Assembly: GCF_030028105.1 (NCBI RefSeq)
Contig: NC_092371.1
Span: forward strand, 15,087,884-15,151,883
Length of the DNA stretch: 64,000 nt
Direction: 5' to 3'
Origin: Mobula birostris
Lineage: Eukaryota
Shown here: positions 22,561 to 35,407 of the stretch, piece by piece
Layout: each line of letters opens with the position of its first letter
Numbering within the stretch: position 1 is the stretch's first letter
The notes under the pieces: model-generated
The model's input: the letters and a program-made list of their open reading frames with translations, nothing else
What the model was told of the DNA's origin: nothing
Databases searched by the model: none
Translations under genes and position numbers: made by a program

Positions 22561-23924
22561 TATTTTCTCCTGTTACTTTTTGACAGAGAGCTATGTAAAG
22601 CATTGTCATTTTTAAAGTCGCCTTCATCACTCCAGAAGTGAATTGTTTATTGGAAGTACTGGATCACATTCATTGAATAATTCAATACTTGCAAAGTCAA
22701 CAATCTCTTCTGTACCTCATACAGACTTTCAGCATCATAAACCCTTCCGTAAGAGAATTTCAGACCTGTACACCGATGCATTAATTTCCACTCGTTAGCC
22801 TTTTAATCGTTTTAGAAATTACTTTCAATAATTTTTAACCCCCCTGCTAGGTGAAGAGCCATTTATGAAACATCATTGACCCGACTGCCAGTCTTGCTTC
22901 TGAATATCACCGTCAACAAACTTATAGATATCCACATGATGCCACGCTTTTTCTCTAATTATCCATTGATATAATTCTTCAGGAACTCTTTTCATTTCCT
23001 AGTTGCTATTTTGGCCTAGCTTCATAGGATGGACCTAGCGACACAGGATGTATCACACCTGACACGCAAACATGGATAAAATACTCCTGACGCTTTTCCT
23101 GACATTCAAATGAAATACAGAGTACCGAAGACAAAACAGAGATCTTCGCAGCACCCAGCTTATAATGAAATGTCACAGTGACTCGAAATTTCGAAATCCG
23201 GCCTTTAGTGATTCCTCTGTTCCTTCTCATTGATAACTTTACCCCCTTAATAAAAACACTCCAAAATGCTGCCCACAATAAGACATTTCCTATCTTTGGA
23301 ATCACATAGATAATCTGAAGAAAGATATTGAAACGTGGAAACGGTACAACTCAAAGATAAAGAAATTAACCACTATTGAGCGACGGCCACGGATTCAAAT
23401 CACTTTCACCTAATGTCTCAGTTTGCATTTCGCTCTGCCATACGCATAAACTACATTACAGTTGCACGGTATCAGATCCGGCATTTAGAAAGCCATGCAT
23501 TACTGGTTTAATCGGTTTAAAATAAATCTGATCTCTGAAATGGCGTTAAAATCGTGCGATGTCTATAAAGCAGCATCAAGCGATAAGTACTCAGAAATCT
23601 GGAATGGTCCTTGCTTCACGTTTTTCATATCTCCAATCATGAAATCTGGGCAAGACATGTGAACCTATCATTGACTGTATCTATTGCATTTGCATCTGCC
23701 CAAATAATGAAGCGCAGTTTAATACTCGGACAACATTCACCTAAGGCTGGTGGGAGGCAAGCGTCATTCACGCTGCACACTGTAACCGTGGTTTGAATTA
23801 TGATTGTGCTTTCCCTACCAACAGCCATGCCTGAGCAGTGATTCTGGCTAACAGCCTGTAATTGGTCAAACCGCATTTGATAATTGTACTAAATTTTAGG
23901 CTCCATATCGAAAAGATGATGTGT

Positions 23925-25140
23925 TGGCATATCAGTAGGTCAAAAGGGGGCGACTCTCTATTCCCGCAATGGTTTTTATCTATATTTAAACACGTTACCT
24001 ATTTCACTTACTCGGATAAGCATACGGTGTCAAATCAGAAGCAACCAAACAAACTATACCTTGACAAACATTCTATCGATGAACAGTTGGAAATTATAAT
24101 CTCCTTCAGCCGTAAAGCTAAAGCAATTAATTCAAATAGGAGAACTGCTTTCGAAAGATATAAACATAGACTTTTGACAAGATAAGGGCAGAAAATTAAA
24201 CATAAAGAAAGATGTGATAGAGCAGGTAGAATATAAAACAGGGCAGCGGAACACAATACAACCGATGGATGAGTATGAAACCTATAAGTAGCTGGGATGT
24301 CAGCAAAGAAAGAAAATAGATCATAGAGGGTGTGTCTGGGACAGAAAAGACGAGGTTGTAGAGAGTGTACAGTGTGGGGAACGGGTGTTTCATACAGAGG
24401 GTGTGTCTGGAAAAACAGTTCATAGGGATAGAAACAGAAATCGTTCGATAGAATTTATTTCAAATCTTAACAAATTCTGCCGAAGAGCTCGATAGAAAAG
24501 ATATAACCAAGGCAATAATCAATTTCGCTATGGGCATATGAGCAGACTGCATTATTTTAATGATATCCTGCGGCAAAACCAATCTGGACAATTTACATAG
24601 AAAATAAGATCTAAAATTAAGAATTTTAGAAAACGTTACTATTACTCGAAAATATTTAGATCAACACTAACTAGGACAGAAGAAGGAAGAGAAAGAACAT
24701 GCATAAAAATACACAAAAATCATGTAAAACTTCTAAGGATATATTTTCATCAACGAAAACAAGATTCAGTCCTACACAAGAGGATATGCAATTCTGAAAA
24801 GAGGAACACACCACTGAACTTAAATAAAAACATAATTCAGAAAAATGAAGCGAATTTCACCATCAAAGAAAGTTGGTTTACCAATGGAAGTGCAGAGCCC
24901 TCCACGGTTGCTATCCTGACAATCAGTGCAAATTAGATATCCACAAGGGAGCGTCTAAACCCTGACTCAGAGTTGGAGACCTCTTCCTAGAAGCCAAACA
25001 GTTCTTGAGGCAATACCAGCCCAGATGGCTAATACAAAAACATCAAAAATACAGAATAAAATAAAAAGACATTCAAGACGATAAATGCAGAAAATGCCAA
25101 GAAACCAGACACAATCTAACACATCGCAGGACACAGGGAC
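23925..25140 (+). mobile_element. R4/Dong-like (RLE clade) non-LTR retrotransposon, RT C-terminal half to CCHC knuckle, heavily decayed
   Basis: Mixed-frame remnants GDSLFPQWF (cf. QGDSLSPLWF), QPMDEYETYK*LG.QQ.KKIDH, KAIINFAM, TLTRTEEGR (cf. LTLPR.EGGRG) and KCRKCQE...LTHR. Family recognised from memory of R4-clade consensus. Confidence 0.65.
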
Positions 25141-25319
25141 CTTCAGTAGATCAAATCAATTGAATTACTTATTCATGCACATCATGGATCAAACATCATT
25201 TAAGCAATTTAGCTTTAGATTACGAACTCAAGAGAGACAATACGTTACTATAAATTGAAGTCTGATTCAGGTTTAGAACCAGAGTTCTACAAATTATTTG
25301 ACCGATCCAGTATTACTTT

Positions 25320-25685
25320 GATCATAATTCTACCTCCTTTACCATAGCATTGGAGAGGGGTGGTAACAGACAAGTTAGGAAAATGTATAATTGGATTACG
25401 GCAAAATATGAGGCTATCAGGCAGGAATTTGGAAACATAAATTGGAAACAGATGTTCTCAGGGAAACGTACGGAAGAAATGTGACAAATGTTCAGGGGAT
25501 ATTTGCGTGGAGTTCTGCATAGGTACTTTCCAATGATACAGGGAAAGGATAGTAAGGTGCAGGATCCGTGGTGTACAAATGCTGTTGTAAATCTCGTCAA
25601 GAAGAAAAGAAGAGTTTAAGAAAGGTTCGAAACTAGGTAATTACAGAGATCTAGAAGTTTATAAGGGTAGCAGGAAGGAACTCTG
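25320..25685 (+). mobile_element. CR1 ORF2 internal fragment
   Basis: Similar to the APE-RT linker of the CR1 at 32200-32500 (aattgg...gcaaaatatgaggctatcaggcagga). Confidence 0.7.
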
Positions 25686-26984
25686 AACCACTTACTTTAG
25701 CTTCAAGTTAATTTTACAGTATATTTTATGACCCACCACAGAGCACCTCTGTAAAAGTAGCATTCGTTACTTACACCCATTTGAATACAACTTTGAACTT
25801 TCCTCTGGGTCACTTCGATCAGTTGTGATTGTGTAAGACCCAGGACTGATTCTCGCTCTATCGAAGTAATAATTATCTCTCAGTGTTATCCACATTATGG
25901 TCCCTCATTTTGATCCCAGTACCCGTAGTTGTCCCACGCGATCCACGTTTATAGAATGGAGGCTACTGGCTGTCCGCCAGATGGAATTGAGCCTCTTCTT
26001 TTCAACGACTGATTATTTTACCTTGCGATACAGTTTTATAATTCTTTGTCCCTGTTTGATTAATCAGTAACACTGTGTATAGTAACAGGTCTTGGGCAAG
26101 TAAAAAGCACACATCAGGTTTGATGCGGTTGAAGGGAAGGTCTCCATCGCCTGTTCCCTGCACCTGTCCCGAGATTGAAGGGGCTTCGGTGCTTCCGGTG
26201 CAACTTGTTAACTGAACTAAATGTCTCATTCATTTCCTCTGTATAAGCGTTCAGGAGATGTAGCAGTCTCCCTGGGCTGCATAACCTGTTCGTTTATCTG
26301 ACTCGAGGGATTCCGTTACAAGTACCTTTTCTTTGTCTATTGTTTATTCAAGATTTTTGGCGTTACAAATGCTTCCATATTTTAGTTATAGGGTCAACAT
26401 AATGGAATTACCTACCCGTACAGTAGCGAATGCAATGGGAAAACTTTTCATTCCAATTTGAACAGTTTTAGTTCAAAATTAACAATGCACTGAAGTCAAC
26501 ATGAAAGATGAAGGCATCGGGGGCATAATGGAAGGACATTAGTGGAGGGGAGGGTACTGACGCATCCGTAAACACTGTGGTTGTACAACTTGGATGGATC
26601 TCCCATTCAGCCAAGGACCTAACGGCCACACTGATGGATATGAGTACTCTGAGCAGCGCTCGAGGGGATGGACGGAGAATTTGCTCCAGGAAGCAGAACT
26701 GATAGAGATCCCTCAAACGCCTTCACTAAAATACCCTATCCACTCTGCAACTGGCTCTCGTATTCGTTACATCACAGCAGTAACCACAGCTCAACAATTA
26801 ACTCATTAGTCCAGAACTAATTGGGCTGTGTGAAACAATGATAGGCGCTTTGGGAACGCAATCTACCTCTAATTAAATCCGGTGAAATCCTTTGGAAGAT
26901 CTGGTCCGACTCAAACCAATACTTGATGTCTGCTGCCACCTCACGTTCACTTGCGGAAGCTCAAGCAACGGACTATCCTCAGAA

Positions 26985-28010
26985 AATGCTGGTGAACGCA
27001 GAAGGCCAGGCAGCATCGATAGGAAGAGGTACATTCGACGTTTTGGCCCTGGACCCTTTGTCAGGACTAACTGAAAGAAGGGATAGTGAGAGATTTGAAG
27101 GTGGGAGGGGGAGTGGTGAGATCCGAAATGATAGCAGAAGACAGGAGGGGAGGGGTGGATCTAAGAGCTGGAAAGTTGATTGGCAAAAGGGCTAACATGC
27201 TGGAGAAGGACCATGGGACGGGAAGCCTGGGGAGAAAGAGAAGTGGGGAGTGGAGTGGAGCGAAGGCAAGGAGTTATAGAGAGAGAGACAGAGGGAGAAA
27301 ATAGAGAGAGAAAAAAGGGGGGAGAATAAATAAATATATATATATATATAAATATACATAATATAACCAAATAAGGGATGTGGTGTGAAGGCGAGGCGGG
27401 GCATTAACGGAAGTTGGAAAAGTCAATATTCATGCCATCAGGTTGGAGGCATCCCAGACGGAATATAACGTGTTGTTCCTCCAACCTGAGTGTGGCTTCA
27501 TCTTGACAGTAGAGGAGGCCGTGGATGACATATCAGAATGGGAATGGGACGTGGATTTAAAGTGAGTGGCCACTGGGAGTTCTTGCTTTCTCTGGTGGAC
27601 CGAGCGTAGGTGTTTATGGAAACGGTCCCCCAGCTTGCGTCGGGTCTGGCCAATATATAGAAGGCCGCAGCGGGAGCACCGGACGCAGTATATCACCAAA
27701 GCCGACTCACAGGTGAAGTGTCGCCACACCTGAAAGGACTGTCTGGGGCCCTGAATGGTGGTGAGAGAGGTGGTGTAAGGGCATCTGTAGCACTTGTTCC
27801 ACTTACAAAGATAAGTGCCGGGAGGGAGATCGGTGTGAAGGGAAGGGAGGATGAATAGACAAGGGAGTCGACATATAATTCTCCGTGACTTCCGCCACGT
27901 CCAACGGGATCCCACCACCAAGCACATCTTCCCCCACCCCCCCACCCCAACTGCTTTCCGCTGGGATCGCTCCCTACGCGACTCCCTTGTCCATTCGTCC
28001 CCACCACTGC
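26985..28010 (-). mobile_element. Penelope-like element 3' part with GIY-YIG endonuclease and terminal repeat
   Basis: ORF 27430-27945: CKWNKCYRCPY...FTCESALVIYCVRCSRCGLLYIGQTRRKLGDRF..HLRSV is a PLE GIY-YIG domain, followed by a typical terminal segment. Confidence 0.88.
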
Positions 28011-28949
28011 GTTCGGTGCTCCCGGTGCGTTCCGTGATGAACCCTCAGGCAGGAAGGAAGTAAACAGTCACTAAATAGTGAAGGAATATATCGAGGCGGT
28101 GGGCACCTGTTTGGAGTATTATCATTTTGGTAACCTCGAATTGTGTGCTGAACTACCTGTTGTCTATATGAACTATGCGAATCATTAACAAGATTGGGCA
28201 TACTGGACTGGTGAGGAAACTTGGATAAAGGTGCCAGTTGAGTGAGCAATTGTCTATTCAATAAATGCCTGTGTGACATTAGGCGGAGAGTGCTTCTGAA
28301 TTGTCCTTCTTCAGTTTGGAGGACTGTTCCCGCTGGTGTACAGCTGAGACCGATACTTGTTCCACCATTGGAATATTGGGATAAGTAGTTTACATCGTTT
28401 GCAAGTTACACTTGGAGGTAATAATGCAGGACATTGCGTGGCAAGTGGCAGAACCCTGGGGAAAGTTGTAGCATATACAGATATAGGGGCATCGTTTGTG
28501 CAAGGTATGATGCTGGATCACGCTGTGCGAAAACAACTGTCAATGTCACACTGCAAACAGGTCGGGCTCTAAGAATTGATGAGGACCTGAGAGAGAGAAC
28601 TTCGTAAATTGATAATCCCCAACTGAAAAGGGTCACGTCACAGTTACTCATTCTGTCCACTATCACTCATCCCACCAGCATTCAAAAGAGGAATCACACC
28701 TCGCGTCCCCTTTGCTGTTAATTCAGTATCTTCTCATTCAAAGTCATCGCTCTCATTTTCCTAAACTACAGGGAGTTTGGTGACTCTCTCTTTCTCAGCC
28801 CCAAAGTCCAAGTCAAAGCAAATTAATTACCAAAGTACATATATGCGGCATATGTAATCCTGAGACTCGTTTTTGAGAGCATTCGCTGAAAAGAAAAAAG
28901 AATCACAAGAGACTCAATGAAAACCGCACACAACAAGTACTGGCAAGTA

Positions 28950-29378
28950 ACCAATCAGCAAAAGAGAACACAGTGTGGAGAGACATCAAAGAGAAAAAGC
29001 ACGTAATATTCGTGATAAATAAGTAAGCAATAAATGTCAAGAGCAGGATCTGAACAGTGAGCGAAAATGAATCCACGGGTTCAGGAATCCGTTGAGTTTT
29101 GTGGAGAGTGAATTTGGGTGAACGCATCTCCATTGGTTCAAGGCTCTAAGGCTTTAGGGCTAATAACTTTTCCAGAATCTAGTGCTGTGGGATGAATACT
29201 AGAGTACCACTTTCGTGACGGCAGGAGCGAGAAGGGAGCATAACCTGGATGATAAGGCTGATTGACGCTGGATGCTGCTCTCCTGAGACAACACCACTTT
29301 GAGATGTGCTCTGTGGGGGGAAGGGTTCGACGAGTAATGAACTGCGCTGTATGCAATAATTTCTGCAAACTTTTCCAT
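28950..29378 (-). mobile_element. Rex1/Babar-like LINE 3' end
   Basis: HTAQFITRRTLP...CLRRAASSVNQPYHPGYAPFSLLPSRKWYSS matches the Rex1/Babar C-terminal pattern HP.HALFSLLPSGRRYRS. Confidence 0.7.
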
Positions 29379-29379
29379 T

Positions 29380-30320
29380 AGAACATAGAACATAGTACTG
29401 TATTGCAAAGTAACAGGCCTTTCGGCCCACGATGCGGTGTCAAATGAATTTAATGGTTAATCAAAAGGCTAACTGAACTAATCTCTTCTGCGCGCACCAC
29501 GTCCTCGTTTTCTCGTATTCATGCGCCTATCGAAACCTCTCTTAAATACCCTCAATTACTCTGCATTTACCACTCAGGCACCGCATTTCAGCATGCATAA
29601 CACCTCCTTTGAGATTATCTCATCTCACCTGAAATGCATGTCATGTGGTATCAGGCATTTGAAATCTGATCCACAACATCCAAGTAAACCTTTTCTGCAC
29701 CCTCTTCAGAGCCTCGACAGCTTTCTTATAACTGGGGGCCCAGAGCTGTATACAATACTCCCAGTGCGGCCTAACCGGATCTTTATAAGCTTCAACATAA
29801 CTTTCTGTCTTTTGAAATCAATGTATCGGCTTATAAATACAAGCATTCCATATGCTATCTTAACCATTCAGTTAACCCATGAAACCACTTCCAGGGAGTT
29901 CGGAGCTGGACCTGAAGTTCCCTCTGTTCATCAGCATTGTTGAGGATCGCATCCATAACAGTCTACAGTCTCTTTGTTTTTGATCTAGCAATATGCAACA
30001 CTTAATATTTGGCTGCGTTACACTCCGTCTACTATTTCTCCACCCATGACCTCAAATGACAATCTACTATGCTACTCACAACACCAGTTGACTTCATATC
30101 ATCTAGAACCTTACTGAACGACCCATGTACGTTTTCATCCAGGTCCTTCATATTGATCACAAACAGTAAAGGTCCCAGTACAGATCTCTGCAGAACACCA
30201 CTAATCACAGACCTCCGCCTACAATAAGTCCATAGGACTACTGCCCTCTGTCTTCGAAGTGCAAGCCTGGTGTGAATCCAAATGGCCAATTCACTATGGA
30301 TCCGTTGATTCTTCATCTTC
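29380..30320 (-). mobile_element. CR1 LINE 3' fragment
   Basis: ISGVLQRSVLGPLLFVINMKDLDENV; tail complement agaacatagaacatag at ~29380. Confidence 0.85.
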
Positions 30321-30334
30321 TGAAATAGCCAACA

Positions 30335-33300
30335 GACGAGCGCCTGGCTTTGGCGAGAAGAGGCTGAGGACGAGCTTGCTCCCAGTGAGGTAAGGCCGGG
30401 TAAGCTCCTTAAATTAATCTAATTAACTTAGAAGTAGGTAAAGGAGGCAACAGGGCAGTAGAATGCTCCGTTTGTACTATGTGGGAAGTCAGGGCGAGCA
30501 CAATTGTCCCTGATGACTATACCTGTAAAAGGTGCATCCAGTTGCAGCTCCTGACAAACCGAGTTAGGGAACTGGAGCTGGAGCTGGATGAACTTCGGAT
30601 CATTCGTGACCCAAAGGTAGAAATAGACAGGTGTTACAGGGTGATAGTCACCCCTAAAAGTCAGGAGATAGGTAACTGGGTGACTGTCAGGAGAGGGAAG
30701 GGGAATAGACAGAATGAGCAGAGCACCCCTATGGCCGTTCCCATCAATAATAAGTATACCGTTTTGGATACCGTTGGTGGAGACGACCTACCATGGACAG
30801 GTCGCGGTGGTCGCGTCTCTGGCACCAGACGGGACCCTCAGCTCAAAAGGGAAGGTGGGAAAAGAAGAGAGCAGTAGGGGATTCTGAAGTAAGGGGGACA
30901 GATAGGAGATTTTGTTGGAGAGATCAAGAATCCCGGATGGTCTGTTGCCTCCCTGGTGCCAGGTCCGGGATATGTCGGATCAAATTCTCAGTATTCTCAA
31001 GAGTGAGGGTCAGGTGGCAAATGTTATGGTCCATATAGGGACCAATGACGTGGATAGGAAGAAGGAGGAGGTCCTGCAAAGAGAGTTTATGAAGTTAGGG
31101 GCAAAGTTGAAGAACAGGACCTCCAGGGTTTCAGTCTCAGGATTGCTACCCGTGCGACGTGCAAGTGAGGCTAGAAATAGGAAGATAATGCAGTTAAATA
31201 CGTAGCTAAGGAGTTGGTGCAGGAGCGAAGGCTTCATGCTTGTGGACAATTGGGCCTTGTTTCAGGGAAGGTGGGACCTGTTCCGACGGGACGGGTTGCA
31301 CCTGAACTGGAGGGGGACTAACATCCTTGCGGGAAAGTCTGCTAGTTCTGCTCCGGGGGTTTTAAACTAGATTTGCAGGGAGAAGGAAATAGATAGAGCA
31401 GATAGTGTGGTTGAGGAGGGTAAAGGTCAAGCGAGAACTGCAAGTATACTACATGGAGTAAAGCCAGATCTCACATATAAAGAGGTTCTGAAGAAAGAGA
31501 AGCAGAGTAAAGGGTGTAAGGGTAACAAGGTAGAAGGGCTAAAGGGCATGTACTTCAATGCAAGAAGCATCAGCAACAAAGGTGATGAACTTGGATACAT
31601 ACATCGAATTATGATGTAGTGGCCATTACAGAGACTTGGCTGACACCAGAGAAGGAATGGATTTTCAATATGCCTGGATTTCAGTGCTGTAAAAGGGATA
31701 GAGAGGGGGGAAACGGGAGGAGGGGTAGCATTACTGGTCAGTGATACTATTACAGCTACAGAAAGCGTGGATCATGTAGCAGGATTCTCTTTTGAGTCAG
31801 TATGGGTAGAATTCAGGAACAGGAAGGGAGCAGTTGCTCTATTGGGAGTATTCTATAGGCCCTGGTAGCAGCAGAGATACAAGGAGCAGATTGTGAGGCA
31901 GATTTTGGAAAGGTGCAAAAATAACAGGATTGTTTTCGTAGGTGACTTTTACTTCCCTAATATTAATTGGCACCTGTTTAGTTCCAACGGTTTAGACGGG
32001 GCAGAGTTTTTTCAGTGTGTCCAGGATGGATTCCTGTCACAATATGTGGACAGGCCGACTAGCGGGGAGCCATACTAGATCTAGTACTAGGTAACGAACC
32101 GGGACAACTCACAGATCTTTCAGTGGGTGAGCATCTGGGGGACATTGACCACAGCTCCCTGGCCTTTAGCATTATCGTGGAAAGGGATAAAATCTGAGAG
32201 GACAGGAAAATGTTTAATTGGGGAAGGGCAAATTATGAGGCTATAAGGCTAGAACTTGCGGTTGTGAATTGGGATGATGTTTTTGCAGGGAAATGTACCA
32301 TGGACATGTGGTCGATGCTTTCGGATCTCTTGCGGGATGTTTTGGATAAATTTGTTCTGGTGAGGAAGATAAAGAATGGTAGGGTGAAGGAACCATGGGT
32401 GACAAGTGAGGTGGAAAATCTAGTCAGGTGGAAGAAGGCAGCATACATGACGTTTAGGAAGTAAGGATCAGATGGGTCTATTGAGGAATATAGGGTAGCA
32501 AGAAAGGAGCTTAAGATGGGGCTGAGGAGAGCAAGAACGGGGTATGAAAAGGCCTTGGCGAGTAGGGTAAAGGAAAAAAACCAAGGTATTCTTCAACTAT
32601 GTGAAGAATAAAAGGATGACAGGAGTGAAGTTAGTACAGATTAGAGATAAAGGTGGTAAAATATGCCTGGAGGCTGTGGAAGTTAGCGACGTCCTCAATG
32701 AATACCTCTCTTCGGTATTCACCAAACAGATGGAACTTGATGACGGTGAGGACAATAAGAGTGAGGTTTATGTTCTGGAACATGTTGATATTAAGGGAGA
32801 GGAGGTGTTGGAGTTGTTAAAATACATTAGGACGGATAAATCCCCGGGGCCTGACGGAATATTCCCCAGGATGCTCCATGAGGCGAGGGAAGTGATTGCT
32901 GAGCCTCTGGCTAAGATCTTCATGTCCTCGTTGTCCACGGGAATGGTACCGGAGGATTGGAGGGAGGCGAATGTTATCCTCTAGTTCTAAAAAGGTAGTA
33001 GAGATAGTCCGGGTAATTATAGACCAGTGGGCCTTACGTCTGTGGTGGGAAAGCTGTTGGAAAAGATTGGTAGAGATAGAATATATGGGCATTTAGAGAA
33101 TCATGGTCTGATCAGCGACAGTCAGCATGGCTTTGTATAGGTCAGATCGTGTCTAACAAGCCTGATAGAGTTCTTTAAGGAGGTGACCAGGCATATAGAT
33201 GAGGTAGTGCAGTGGATGTGATCTATATGGATTTTAGTAAGGCATTTGACAAGGTTCCACACGGTAGGCTTATTCAGAAAGTCAGAAAGCATGGGATCCA

Positions 33301-34378
33301 GGGAGGTTTGGCCAGGTGGATTCAGAATTGGCTTTCCTGCAGAAGGCAGAAGGTCGTGGTGGAGGGAGTACATGTAGATTGGAGGATTGTGACTAGTGGT
33401 GTCCCACAAGGATCTGTTCTGGGACCTCTACTTTTCGTGATTTTGTTAACGACCTGGATGTGGGGATAGATTGTTGGGTTGGCAAGTTTACAGACAACAA
33501 AAAGGTTGGTGTTGTTGTGGATAGTGTAGAGGGTTGTCGAAGAATACGCAGAGACACTGATAGGATGCAGAAGTGGGCTGAGAAGTGGCAGATGGATTTC
33601 AACCCGGAGAAGTGTGAGGTGGTACACTTTGGAAGGACAAACTCCAAGGAAGAGTACAAAATAAATGCCACAGGACTTGGTAGTGTGGAGGAGCAGAGGG
33701 ATCTGGGGGTACATGTCCACAGATCCCTGAAGGTTGCCTCACAGGTAGGTAGGGTAGTTAAGAAAGCTTATGGGGTGTTAGCTTTCATAAGTCGAGGGAT
33801 AGAGTTTAAGAGTCGCTAGGTAATGATGCAGCTCTATAAAACTCTGGTTAGGCCACACTTGGAGTATTGTGTCCACTTCTGGTCGCCTCACTATAGGAAG
33901 GATATGGAAGCATTGGAAAGGGTACAGAAGAGATTTACCAGATGCTGCTTGGTTTAGAAGTATGAATTATGATCAGAGATTAAGGGAGCTAGGGCTTTAC
34001 CCTTTGGAGAGAAGAAGGATGAGAGAAGACATGATGGAGGTATACAAGATATTAAGAGGAATATATAGAGTGGACAGCCAGCGCCTCTTCCACAGGGCAC
34101 CAATGCTCAATACAAGACGACATGGTTTTACGGTAAGGGGTGGGAATTTTAAGGGGGATGTCAGAGGAAGGTTTTTTACTCAAGTGTGGTTGGAGCGTGG
34201 AATGCACTTCCTGAGTCAGTGGTGGAGGCAGATACACTAGTGAAATTTAAGAGCCTACTGGACAGGCATATGGAGGAATTTAAGGTGGCGGGTTATATGG
34301 GAGGCAGGGTTTAAGGGTTGGAACAACATTGTGGGCCGAAGGGCCTGTACTGTGCTGTACTATTTTATGTTCTATGTT
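30335..34378 (+). mobile_element. Near full-length (~4 kb) CR1 LINE, inactivated
   Basis: ORF1 Cys/leucine-zipper region (DDYTCKRCIQLQLL..RVRELELELDEL), SGNH esterase (VHIGTNDV), APE (YFNARSI, VGDFYFPNINW), RT and 3' tail in the correct order, with several stops and frameshifts. Its 3' 1.3 kb is the paralog of 1-1319. Confidence 0.92.
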
Positions 34379-35322
34379 AAATGCCTCACTAAAATTCAAG
34401 TAGACAGCATCCACAGTTCCACTTTCGTGAATCACGCTCGTACCTCTTCATGAAACAGTCAAGTTAGTAAGACACGACCTTAATGCTCTTAACGAGACCG
34501 AACACGGCCTCCATTTTATCTCGAAATGCCCTGTAATATCAACTTGCTTAGAACTGATCTCTCTGTCCTCCACTTCCTTCTACTTGGTAAGTGGTGCATT
34601 TATGTCTGCAGGGCACTCCAGGGCATATCAGGCCAGGACACAATCAGTCCGTATGCTCTCTTCTTCAGGCATCAGTAGAAGTTTGTGAAAGTTTTAGATT
34701 ACATGGCAAACGTTTAAAAACTTCTAACAAAGAAGGGACGCTACCGTGCCTTCTGTGTAACGGCAGTTTTGTGCTGGACACAGGACAGATTCTCTGAAAT
34801 GGCAACGCTTAGGAATTTAATGTCGCTGACGGCGTCTACCTCTGATACCCCGATAAAGTCTGACTCATCTCCTTGTTCTAGCTGACATTGAGTGGGACGC
34901 TGTTTTTGTTACACCATTCAACCGGCTAAGCTCCCGACCGTATGGGTCAGGCCTATGAACGAGGGAAGCAAAAGGTACACGATCTGCGTTAGGAATTATA
35001 TTCGAAGGACAGTGGTGGGTAGGTTTAGTGAGTTGCTAGGCTTAGCGGGGACTAGGGTAAAACTGCGCAGTTTAGAAGACATTGGGGCAGGTTCAAGGAT
35101 GTGAAAAACATGGGTGACATAAGCGAAATGCAAGGAAGTGGGCTTAGCACAGGTAGGCAACTTGATCGGCATGGACATATTGGCAACAATTCCGCGCTGT
35201 GTAACTACGTAAAATTAAGTGCCGGATTTTGTAACAAACAGGGACAGGGTTTTAGTCTCTGTCGTTAACCCGGGGTAGGATGAACAACTATGACCTGACC
35301 CACTCATTCAGAGGCTGTGGAG

Positions 35323-35407
<85 letters not shown>

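Noticed and set aside
25850-26810. Moderately long ORFs and a coding-like texture, possibly LTR-element or host-gene relic
   Set aside because: No motif I could identify in any frame; a tBLASTx/HMM search would be needed.
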